This document shows positions 55,854 through 64,000 of a stretch of DNA of 64,000 bases, in pieces. The notes beneath the pieces are model-generated. The model had not been told where the DNA came from, ran no database searches, and was given only the letters and a program-made list of their open reading frames with translations. The stretch lies in the NCBI GenBank assembly GCA_044375195.1, contig JBILNB010000015.1:7619-71618 (forward strand), given 5' to 3'. Made by a program: the position numbers and the translations under genes. Position 1 is the first letter of the stretch, and each line of letters starts with the position of its first letter. The stretch is from Rubrivivax sp. (lineage in GTDB: Bacteria > Pseudomonadota > Gammaproteobacteria > Burkholderiales > Burkholderiaceae_C).

Positions 55854-56777
55854 ATGAAGATCTCCACCGCCTACTTCTACGACCGAGCAACCCGCAACAT
55901 CAGTGACGCACAGTTGCGTCTGTCCACGACCCAGGCCAAGCTGGCCAGTGGCAAGCAACTGGCTGCGCCCAGCGAAGCGCCCGATCAGGCGCTGGGCATC
56001 GAACGGCTGCGGGCGGCCGTGCAGCACCAGGATGCGTTGACCGGGCAGTTGCGCTCGGTCCAGGCGCGCCTGGGGGCGGAGGAGACCACGCTCGTATCGA
56101 CCAACCGCCTCCTGATCAGTCTGAAGGAACTGTCGATAGCCGCCGTGAACGACCCTTTCAACTCTGACAACCGCACCGCTATGGCACGCGAGATGACCGT
56201 GCTGCGGGACGAACTGCTCACGCTTGCCAACACCCGCGACGACCGGGGGCAGTACCTGTTCGCAGGCTCGGCTGTGGGCGAGCCACCCTACGCCGCTGAT
56301 GCCGAGGGCCGCATCGACTATCGTGGTGACCAGACCGAGGCTTGGCTGCGCTCGGGCGATCAACGGATCGTGCGCTTCAACCGTGCCGGCAACGATGTCT
56401 TCGTGCGTGTGCTGCGCGGCGGCGAGGACAACCCTGTGGGCGTGCCCTTCTTCGACGTGATCGACGATGCGATCGCCGCCGTCGAGGCGGGAGACTCCGG
56501 GGCGATGAGCCGCAGCATGGGCGAGATTGATCAACTCCTGCGCGGCAACGAACTCGCGCTGGTGCAGACCGGCGCCGACCAGAAGACGGTGGAGAACCAG
56601 ACCATCCGTATCGAGGACAACACGCTGCTGCTGCGTGGCCTCCAGTCCGACCTCGAAGACCTCGACTACGCCGAGGCCATCACCCGCATGAACCAGGAGA
56701 TGAACGCCCTGCAGGCAGCGATGACCAGCTTCGGCAAGGTGTCCCAGCTGACGCTGTTCAACGTGATCGACGTTTGA
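55854..56777 (+). CDS. flgL: Hook-filament junction FlgL
   Basis: KLASGKQLAAPSEAP, GQYLFAG, DLEDLDYAEAI, SFGKVSQLTLF. Confidence 0.93.
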   Translation: MKISTAYFYDRATRNISDAQLRLSTTQAKLASGKQLAAPSEAPDQALGIERLRAAVQHQDALTGQLRSVQARLGAEETTLVSTNRLLISLKELSIAAVNDPFNSDNRTAMAREMTVLRDELLTLANTRDDRGQYLFAGSAVGEPPYAADAEGRIDYRGDQTEAWLRSGDQRIVRFNRAGNDVFVRVLRGGEDNPVGVPFFDVIDDAIAAVEAGDSGAMSRSMGEIDQLLRGNELALVQTGADQKTVENQTIRIEDNTLLLRGLQSDLEDLDYAEAITRMNQEMNALQAAMTSFGKVSQLTLFNVIDV

Positions 56778-56889
56778 TGGACTTGGTGGGGTCCGCCTGC
56801 CGTACCTGCCCGTCTCCTCATCCTCGTGATCGGTTCCTGGATGTCCGCGTCGAGCGCGGCGGGGCCCTCGCCGTCGCCTGGAGGTGCTC

Positions 56890-57585
56890 TCAAGTGAGTA
56901 TCAAGGGACTGCACAGCGTGTAGCCAACCTTGTGGATCGCCTTGATGCCGGGGGGCTCCGCGCCGATTGCGGCGAGCTTCTTGCGCAAGCGCGTGATGCG
57001 CATTTCCAGTGTGCCCGTCGAAGGCAGGTTCTGGCCCTCGCCGCCGATGACCTCGGCCGGTTGCCAGCGCTCCAGCGAACGGCCTGGCGCGCGCGCGAAG
57101 GCGCTGAGAATCGTGGTTTCGCCCGCGCTCAGCGGGACTTCGCCGCCCGGCCCGCTGAGTCTCATGCTCGACGCCTTGAGTGTCAGCGCGTTCGCCGCAC
57201 CGGGCGCACTGCGCAGCCGGAGGGCCAGCGACTCGAGGCTCGCGATCAGTTCCTCCGGGTCCACCGGCTTGGTGAGGTAGAGGTCGGCGCCACTGCGGTA
57301 GCCGAGCACCCTGTCGCCGATCCGCGACAGCGCGGTCGTGACGATGATGCCCACGCCAGGGTGCGCGGCGCGCAGCCTGCGGGTCAGGCCGAGGCCGTCC
57401 TCGGCCGGCAGCATCAGGTCGATGATGTACAGGTCGGGCAGGAAGCCGCCCTCGACGTCGTTCACCTCCTCGGCCGAAGACACCCCCCGCACGTAGTGAC
57501 CGTGGCGCTGCAGGAAGGCGAGCGTGGCCTCGCGCAGCGCATCGTTGTCTTCGACGACCAGGATCTTGAGTGCGAACTTCTGCAT
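56890..57585 (-). CDS. OmpR-family response regulator
   Basis: ILVVEDND, DLYIIDLMLP, GADLYLTKP, winged HTH LEMRITRLRKKL. Confidence 0.92.
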   Translation of the reverse strand: MQKFALKILVVEDNDALREATLAFLQRHGHYVRGVSSAEEVNDVEGGFLPDLYIIDLMLPAEDGLGLTRRLRAAHPGVGIIVTTALSRIGDRVLGYRSGADLYLTKPVDPEELIASLESLALRLRSAPGAANALTLKASSMRLSGPGGEVPLSAGETTILSAFARAPGRSLERWQPAEVIGGEGQNLPSTGTLEMRITRLRKKLAAIGAEPPGIKAIHKVGYTLCSPLILT

Positions 57586-57659
57586 GGGACATTCGGCGCG
57601 GCAGCCTCGCCTGGGAGGCTCTCAGTGTGCGGTGGCGTCCAGCGCAATCCCAACGAGTC

Positions 57660-58010
57660 CTAACGGCTGCCTGTCCGCGCAGGCAGCCAGAACTCGAACA
57701 CCGCCCGACCCTCTCGTGCCTCGAAGCGGATCGTCCCCTGCATCAACTCGAGGATCCCGCGCACCAGGAACAGGCCGAGCCCGGAGCCCGACTGGTGCCG
57801 GGCGCCGGGGCTTCGGTAGTACTTCTGGAACAGCCTGCCGGCGTCGGGCAGGCCGGCCGGCCCTGGCTGGTTGCAGATCTCCCAGGCCCAGCCGGCGCGG
57901 CCGTCCAGGCTCTGCGCCCGAAGGTGCACGGTGGTCGGGCTCTGCGGCACGCCGTACTTGGCGGCGTTGTCCAACAGGTTGACCAGCACGATCGACAGCA
58001 TCTGCAGATC
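57660..58010 (-). pseudogene. Histidine kinase fragment (HATPase domain only)
   Basis: N box NLLDNAAKY, F box LFQKYYR and G2 box GSGLGL; no H-box or sensor domain upstream. Confidence 0.8.
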
Positions 58011-58535
58011 GGCGACGGTGCGGCCGCCATCGTGCTGTGCTCAGACGCCATGGTTCGTCGCGCTGGCGTTTCCCGGCCGGTGTGGATCCGCGCCAGCACC
58101 GTGGTGACCGCGCTGCCCGACCAGCCCCAGGCGTCGGTGTGTGCCATCCGCGCCGCGCAGGCCGCCTACGAGCAGTCCGGCATCGGCCCCGGCGACATCC
58201 ACGTCGCGGAATTGCACGACGCGTCGGCGCCGGCCGAGTTGATCCACTACGAGAACCTGGGCTTCTGCAAGCCGGGCGAAGCCGGCGACCTGCTGCGCAG
58301 CGGCGCCACCGAGCTGGGCGGCCGCGTCAGCGTCAACCCGAGCGGCGGCTTGCTCAGCAGGGGCCATCCGGTGGGCGCCACCGGCGCGGCGCAGATCGTG
58401 GAGATCACCCAGCAGCTGCGCGGCCAAGCCGGCGCCCGCCAGCGGCCCGGCGCGCAGGTCGGCTTGGCCGAGAACAACGGCGGCCAGGTCGGCCATGACG
58501 CCGCCGTCGCGGTGGTCACGCTGCTTTCCACCTGA
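58008..58535 (+). pseudogene. Thiolase (SCP-x type) C-terminal fragment
   Basis: IGDGAAAIVL, VAELHDA, VNPSGGLLSRGHPVGATG; the N-terminal half is absent. Confidence 0.85.
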
Positions 58536-58542
58536 GGACACC

Positions 58543-59535
58543 ATGCACACACCCGTCTTCCGCACCCGCATCACCGAGCTGTTCGGCATCCGCCACCCCA
58601 TCCTGTGCGGCGGGCTGCAGTGGCTGGCCGACGCCCGCTACGTGGCAGCCGTGGTCAACGCCGGCGGCATGGGCTTTATCACCGCCATGTCCTTTCCGGA
58701 CGATCCCGACGGATTCCGCGTCGCGCTGCGCCAGTGTCGCGATCTGACCGACGGCCGAGACTTCGGCGTCAGCTTGGCCATCTCCCGCCGCCTGGGCGCC
58801 AACGAGCGCCTGGTGCCGTACATCGATGCGGCGATCGAGGAGCGCGTGAAGTTCATCGAAACCTCCGGCGACAGCCCGGAGCGCTTCCTGTCGCGCCTGA
58901 AGGACGCCGGCTGCATCGTGATCCACAAGGTGCCCGCCGTGCGCTACGCCGTTAGCGCGCAGAAGCTGCCGGTTGACGCGATCACCGTACTGGGCGCGGA
59001 GGCGGGCGGCCATCCCGGCACGCGGCTGGTGCCGCAGATCATCCAGGCGCCGCTGGCCGCCGACGCGGTCACCAAGCCCCTGGCGCTGGGTGGCGGCATG
59101 TCCACCGGTCGCCACCTCGTCACCGCGCTCGCGATGGGCGCCGACGCCATCCTGCTCGGCTCGCGCATGGTGGTGGCCGAGGAAGTCTGGGCCCACCGGC
59201 GCTACAAGCAGCGCATCGTGGAGCTGGACGAGACCGGCCACCGCCTGCAGATGCGCGTGTTCAACCACCACCACCGGGTGCTGGACAACGAGACCTCGCG
59301 CGCAGTCGCGGCGCTGGAGGATGCGGGCGTGGGCGACTTCGCCCGCTACCAGCCGCACGTGCGCGGCGACCTGGCGCGCCGCGCCTACGAGAGCGGCGAA
59401 TGGGAGCGGGGAATGCTGGACATGGGGCCCTCGGCGGTATTCGCACGCGAGGCCAAGCCCGTGGCGGCCATCTTCGACGAAATCCTGGACGAGGCGGCGC
59501 GCGCGCGGGAGCGGGTGCAGGCCTTGTCCGTCTGA
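58543..59535 (+). CDS. Nitronate monooxygenase / FabK-like flavoprotein
   Basis: GIRHPILCGGL, GAEAGGHPG, ALAMGADAILLGSR. Confidence 0.85.
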   Translation: MHTPVFRTRITELFGIRHPILCGGLQWLADARYVAAVVNAGGMGFITAMSFPDDPDGFRVALRQCRDLTDGRDFGVSLAISRRLGANERLVPYIDAAIEERVKFIETSGDSPERFLSRLKDAGCIVIHKVPAVRYAVSAQKLPVDAITVLGAEAGGHPGTRLVPQIIQAPLAADAVTKPLALGGGMSTGRHLVTALAMGADAILLGSRMVVAEEVWAHRRYKQRIVELDETGHRLQMRVFNHHHRVLDNETSRAVAALEDAGVGDFARYQPHVRGDLARRAYESGEWERGMLDMGPSAVFAREAKPVAAIFDEILDEAARARERVQALSV

Positions 59536-59563
59536 CGACATGCAACCCGTGAGGAGATAGACG

Positions 59564-60553
59564 ATGAGCAAGCGTTCCACCTTCAACCTGCGCCGGGGCC
59601 TGTTGGCGGCCGGCCTTGCCCTCCCGTTCGCGGCGCCGGGCCGCGTACTGGCACAGGGCACATACCCCGACAAGCCGCTGAAGCTGGTTATCCCCTTCGC
59701 TGCCGGCGGCGCGATCGACGTGCTCGGCCGCACCTTCGCCTCCCGGCTGTCGGAGGAGCTGAAGCAGCAGATCGTGGTCGACAACCGCGCCGGCGCCACC
59801 GGCCACGTGGGCAGCGAGTACGTCGCCCGCTCGCCCGCCGATGGCTACACCCTGCTCTTCACGCCCAGCAGCACCCAGGTGGTCAGCCCGCACGTGCTGA
59901 ACCTGCGCTACAAGCCGATGGAGGATCTGGTGCCGGTGACGCTGGCGGCCACGGTCCCAAACCTGGTGGTCGTCAACGCGGCCCTCCCGGCCACCACGCT
60001 GCAGGAGTTCATCGACTACGCCCGGGCGCGTCCGGGCCAGCTTTCGTATGCCTCGTGGGGCATCGGCAGCAACCTGCATCTGGCCACGGAGCTGCTTTCG
60101 CTCCAGTCGGGCCTGAAGATGGTTCACGTTCCGTACTCCGCGCCGACGCTGGTGCAGGACCTTGTGGCCGGCCGGGTGCAATTCCACATCGGCAACATCG
60201 TGGAACTGGAGTCCTTCATCCGCACCGGGCAGGTCCGGCTCCTGGCGGTGACCGGGCCCGAGCGGTTGCCTGCGTTTCCCAACGCGCCGACAGTGGCCGA
60301 GAGAATTCCGGGCTACGTGGTGCGCTCCTGGGGCATGCTGATGGCGCCAGCGCGCACGTCGCCGGAGGTGCTGGCGCGGCTCAACGCGGCCAGCGTGCGG
60401 GCGCTGGCCAGTCCGGAGTTGCGCGAAGCCTTCGAGAAGCTGAGGTTCACACCGGCGCCGCTCTCGCTCGAGCGCACCGCCGAGTTCCTGCGCGCTGACA
60501 ACGATCTGTGGGGCCGCGCGGTGCGAGATGCCAACGTGCGCTTGAACAACTAA
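59564..60553 (+). CDS. Bug/TctC tripartite tricarboxylate transporter substrate-binding protein
   Basis: Tat-like RRGLL, YPDKPLKLVIPFAAGGAID, VDNRAGATG, ADGYTL, PNAPTVAE. Confidence 0.92.
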   Translation: MSKRSTFNLRRGLLAAGLALPFAAPGRVLAQGTYPDKPLKLVIPFAAGGAIDVLGRTFASRLSEELKQQIVVDNRAGATGHVGSEYVARSPADGYTLLFTPSSTQVVSPHVLNLRYKPMEDLVPVTLAATVPNLVVVNAALPATTLQEFIDYARARPGQLSYASWGIGSNLHLATELLSLQSGLKMVHVPYSAPTLVQDLVAGRVQFHIGNIVELESFIRTGQVRLLAVTGPERLPAFPNAPTVAERIPGYVVRSWGMLMAPARTSPEVLARLNAASVRALASPELREAFEKLRFTPAPLSLERTAEFLRADNDLWGRAVRDANVRLNN

Positions 60554-60564
60554 GAAGGCCGATC

Positions 60565-61080
60565 ATGCAGACATCGGCCATTCTTTCCGGCTCGTGGCGA
60601 AGTTCTCATCACATGATCAAGGAAGTTGCCGTGAAGGCGGAACCCGCCGACGAGCGCGAATGGGTTCCCCAAGGCGACCAGATCTGGTTTCGACCATTGC
60701 TGCTGGACCGCACGACCGGCACCGTGGCCAACTTGCTGCGTGTTCGCCGCGGGGGCCAACTCGGCCGTCACATCCACCATGCCCCCGTCTGGGGCTACGT
60801 CATTCGTGGCAGCTGGCGGTATCTGGAGCACGACTGGGTGGCGACGGCCGGCAGCTTCGTATTCGAGCCACCCGGCGAGGTCCACACGTTGGTGGTCGAC
60901 CACATCACGCACGACGACGAGATGGTGACCTTTTTCGTCGTGCAGGGCGGGCTGGTTAAGGTGGACGATGGCGGTCGCCCATGCGGTTGGGAGAACGCGC
61001 TGACCAAGATCGAGTTGTGCGAACAATGGTACGAACAATGCGGGCTCGGCCGAGAATTTGTCGAGCAGTACGTGCGTTGA
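60565..61080 (+). CDS. Cupin dioxygenase, 2,4'-dihydroxyacetophenone dioxygenase family
   Basis: WVPQ...WFRPL, RHIH...GSWRYLEHDW, EPPGEVHTL. Confidence 0.8.
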   Translation: MQTSAILSGSWRSSHHMIKEVAVKAEPADEREWVPQGDQIWFRPLLLDRTTGTVANLLRVRRGGQLGRHIHHAPVWGYVIRGSWRYLEHDWVATAGSFVFEPPGEVHTLVVDHITHDDEMVTFFVVQGGLVKVDDGGRPCGWENALTKIELCEQWYEQCGLGREFVEQYVR

Positions 61081-61117
61081 AGCGTGAGCGGCTGGGCATC
61101 TCATGCGCATCGCCGCG

Positions 61118-61428
61118 TCACGGGATGCGCGGCAGCTCGTCGGGCTCGAAGATCGCGAACTCGCACACCAGGCCGTCGGCTATCAATGCCTTGTGGCCGT
61201 CCCCGGTGTTGGTAAAGGCCCAGTCCGGCGGGCGCGCGACGGCCAGCCAGTCCAGGTTCGCCAGGTAGCGCGGCCTCGCGCCCTGCCGTACGACGACGAA
61301 AAGTCCAGGTCCGACCAGGCGTCGGCGCGCGCCGTCTCCTGCCTGATCGAGCCCAGGCCGAGCAGGCCGAGCGCGTCCTCGCGCGAGGCCAGCGGCGCCG
61401 GCAGCGGGGGGTGCGTGGGGGTGTTCAT
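61118..61428 (-). pseudogene. Frameshifted nucleotidyltransferase-like gene
   Basis: LLGLGS...DAWSDLDF, then a -1 slip at the T4 run (61299-61302). The other frame continues FVVVRQG...DGHKALIADG..CEFAIFEPDEL to a stop. Confidence 0.6.
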
Positions 61429-61464
61429 CGTCTGTGGGGCGGGTGGTGATCCGGGTGTCGGCGC

Positions 61465-61974
61465 TCAGCGGCAGCGTCGGCTGGTCTGCACGACGCAGCA
61501 GCCGCTCCAGTGGCGCACCGCCTCCAGCGTCCAGCGGCGGTCGGCGGGCAGCGTGCCGAACAGCCGCCGGCCCTGGCCGATCAGCACCGGCACCGTGGTG
61601 ACGGTGACGCGTTCGATGAGGTCGTCGCGAAGGCAGGCTTGGATCAGCTAGCCGCCGTCGAGGTTGACAGGCCGCACGCCTGCCGTGCCCAGCGCGGCCA
61701 GCGCCGGCTGGAGCGTCAGCACGTGCACAGGCGTGCAGGGGTAGGGCCAGGGGTCGAAGCCGAGCACTGTGTCGAAGCTCTTGCGCCCCATCACCGGCGC
61801 GTCGACGCCGGCCATGAACGCAGCGTAGCCGAAGTCCTCGCCCGCCGGCGCCGCTGCCTGGGCCTGTATCAGCCAGTCGAGCGTGCCGTCAGGGCGGGCG
61901 ATGAAGCCATCGAGCGAAGTGGCGATGAAGACCTCGACCCGGGGCCAGGCGGCGGGCGAGGGCGAGGGCGGCAT
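61465..61974 (-). pseudogene. Dihydrofolate reductase/RibD-C family pseudogene
   Basis: FIATSLDGFIA, MGRKSF, DGG then in-frame TAG at 61648-61650, after which LIQACL..DLIE..TVPVLIGQGRRLF continues; internal segment missing. Confidence 0.8.
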
Positions 61975-62016
61975 GGCGGGGGGAGGGCGGGTCGGGAGCT
62001 CAGCGGGTCAGCAGGA

Positions 62017-62400
62017 TCAGAGGTTCGGGCACACCGCGTCCGCCGCCGGATCGACGGCCAGTAGCGCGCTGCCCGCGGGCGGGTCGACGCAGTCCTGTGG
62101 CGAGAGCACCACCACCAGGCGGCCTTCGGCCACGCGCACGCGCAGCGCCGCGGCGGCGACGCCGGGGACGCCGCCGGTGTGGCCGATCAGGCGGCCCTCG
62201 TCCATGCCGCTGACGCCGAAGCCCCAGCTCCAGCCCCAACCACGCGCGATGCCGTCGGCGCGGCGCGGAGTGAACTCGTGCTGCAGCGACGTCAGCGCCT
62301 CGAAGGTGACCGGGCGCAGCAGCCTGCCTTCGGCCAGCGCGCGCGAAGCGGTGCAGGTCATGCGCGGTGGCGAAGGCGCCGCCCTCATGTCCGCGATTCT
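62017..62400 (-). pseudogene. Serine hydrolase (beta-lactamase family) C-terminal fragment
   Basis: GGAFATAHDLHRFA in one frame, LAEGRLL...GHTGGVPG in another; slip at a (GC)n run near 62340. Confidence 0.6.
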
Positions 62401-62469
62401 CCTGATGGGCAGAACCCTTCTCGTTTACGTTGGTACGGCTGGAGGGGAGCAGGTCACTGAGCTGGCATA

Positions 62470-62745
62470 TGCCCCCGGGAGTGGCCACCGGGTCTGAAGC
62501 TGCGGCTACGGCAGCGCGAGCTCGAATTACCACACCCCGGCCACCGGGTCCGGCGCCGGCCAGCGCCTCGGCATGCGAGTCCTGGCGCGAGTTCATCCAG
62601 GCCCGACTGCGCCAGCGTGACCCCGAGCAGTTCGACCGCCTGGAGTTCACCCCCGGTGAGGGGGCGCAGGTCGATTGCGGTGAAGGCGTGCTCACCTTCG
62701 ACGCGATCACCCAGCGCTGGCGCCGCCCGAGGCCGACTCCCGGAA
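62470..62745 (+). mobile_element. IS21-family transposase (IstA) remnant
   Basis: SACESWREFI joined to FDRLEFTPGEGAQVDCGEG...RWRRPR; no complete catalytic core and no istB. Confidence 0.6.
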
Positions 62746-62787
62746 TCAGGCTAACTTGGGTGGCTCGACACTTTTGGCCTCTTGCGG

Positions 62788-63876
62788 TCAGCGGGGCAGC
62801 GACAGCGGCACCCTCAGCTGCATGCCCGGCACTTCGATGCCGCCGCGCGCCCCGATGGCCAGTGAACCGTAGCGAGCGGCGAAGGCCGGCGGCAACTCAC
62901 GGGCGCCGGGTGCGGCCAGCCACAGGCGCAGAAGGTGCCGTCGCTCCAGGGGGTCGGGGGAGTCCTCGAACGCCGTACGGTCGTGGAGCAGCACGTGGTT
63001 GTGGACGAACTGGATGTCGCCGGGTGCGAGGCGCATGCGCAGGTGCAGTCGCGGATCTTCGGCGAGGCGGTCGAAGGCGTCCAGCGCTTCCACGTCGGCA
63101 GGCTGCAGGCGTGGGGCCGCTTCGAAGCGCTGCGCGCTGTCGACGTACTGTCGCTGGTAGAACACGGTGAGCTCGTTGGCGTACCAGCTGAGCACAGGGA
63201 TCATGAAGAACGGCATCTGGCCCGCGGGCACCTCGCCCCGGCGGTCATGCGCCATCGGGCTGAGCAGTCGTACCGCCAGGTCGGGGCGATCGCGACGCAG
63301 CTCGTTGAACAGCGTCAGTGCGCTCACCAGCAGCGAGTCGCCGCCCTTTCGTGCTTCCTGAAGGCACAACAGGCCGACGATGTCGCAGGAGTCCGTGTGA
63401 AAGGTCTGACGCTCGCGGGTCTGGTACAGGCGGACGTGGGGATCGCTGCTGGACAGCCCCATGTCGCGTACATGACCCAGCACATGACCGAGCGCGTTCT
63501 GCGATCGGGCCCGACCCAGATGCGCCCCCAGCCCCATGAACAGCACTGCAGACTCGACCATCGAGTAGCGTTCCACGGGCAGCCGCCGGATCAGCGCGAA
63601 TCCACGGCCGTGCAGCAACTCTCTTCGAAGGTCCGCGAGTCTTCCCTCCAGGCGGGGCAGGGGGAAGTCAGCGGCGGTGATGCCCCCCAGCCGTTCAGCC
63701 ACATCGTCGCCGCGAGCGAGAAAGCGGCGCATCGCCCCCTCCAACTCGAGGATGTCCGCCTCGTCGAGCGGCTCGATCCAGTCGTTCGAATCGATCCAGT
63801 CGGCACCCCGCCAGGCGGCGGGGCCCTGCTGGATTTCCGGGAGCAGCGCAGGACCAAAGGTTGGATGCGTGACCAT
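62788..63876 (-). CDS. TauD/TfdA-family Fe(II)/2-oxoglutarate dioxygenase
   Basis: GPAAWRG, GRGFALIR, HxD motif FHTDSCD, distal His in FVHNHVLLHDRTAF, RHLLRLWL. Confidence 0.88.
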   Translation of the reverse strand: MVTHPTFGPALLPEIQQGPAAWRGADWIDSNDWIEPLDEADILELEGAMRRFLARGDDVAERLGGITAADFPLPRLEGRLADLRRELLHGRGFALIRRLPVERYSMVESAVLFMGLGAHLGRARSQNALGHVLGHVRDMGLSSSDPHVRLYQTRERQTFHTDSCDIVGLLCLQEARKGGDSLLVSALTLFNELRRDRPDLAVRLLSPMAHDRRGEVPAGQMPFFMIPVLSWYANELTVFYQRQYVDSAQRFEAAPRLQPADVEALDAFDRLAEDPRLHLRMRLAPGDIQFVHNHVLLHDRTAFEDSPDPLERRHLLRLWLAAPGARELPPAFAARYGSLAIGARGGIEVPGMQLRVPLSLPR

Positions 63877-64000
63877 ATCTGACGACAGGATAGCAAGGCT
63901 CGAGCGCTGAACCGACCTTCCCATCGACGAGTTGCCGCCCCATCTCGATCAGACTACAACCACGGGTCCCGAGATGACGCGCTGGTAGCGCCGCATCGGC

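Overview
GC-rich bacterial window, mostly occupied (~3.2-56.8 kb) by a near-complete sigma54/sigma28-controlled flagellar locus. Its architecture resembles Rhodobacter sphaeroides Fla1 and gammaproteobacterial polar systems: fleT-like-fliEFGHIJ, flhA-flhF-flhG-fliA, fliKLMNOPQR-flhB, motAB, fleQ-like, flgP/flgT-like, flgA-flgM-flgN and flgBCDEFGHIJKL. No flagellin, fliD, rpoN or chemotaxis gene is present. Unusual parts: a 989-aa FliK with a 195-bp tandem repeat, a 936-aa FlgE and 910-aa FlgK with inserted domains, a second FliL, a membrane-anchored alpha-carbonic-anhydrase homolog lacking its zinc ligands, a LysM-lytic transglycosylase accompanying a muramidase-less FlgJ, and SPOR and FimV-type LysM proteins. 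Several -24/-12 promoters and a recurring palindrome CGGCAA-N4-TTGCCG are readable directly in the sequence. The left flank is a GAF-HlyD adaptor followed by a C-terminally short SecA paralog. The right flank has an orphan response regulator, a back-to-back kinase/thiolase truncation junction, catabolic genes (nitronate monooxygenase family, Bug/TctC, cupin dioxygenase, TauD) and several pseudogenes including an IS21 remnant. The host is inferred, not proven, to be a betaproteobacterium. All protein calls come from motif recognition by eye; no database searches were run.
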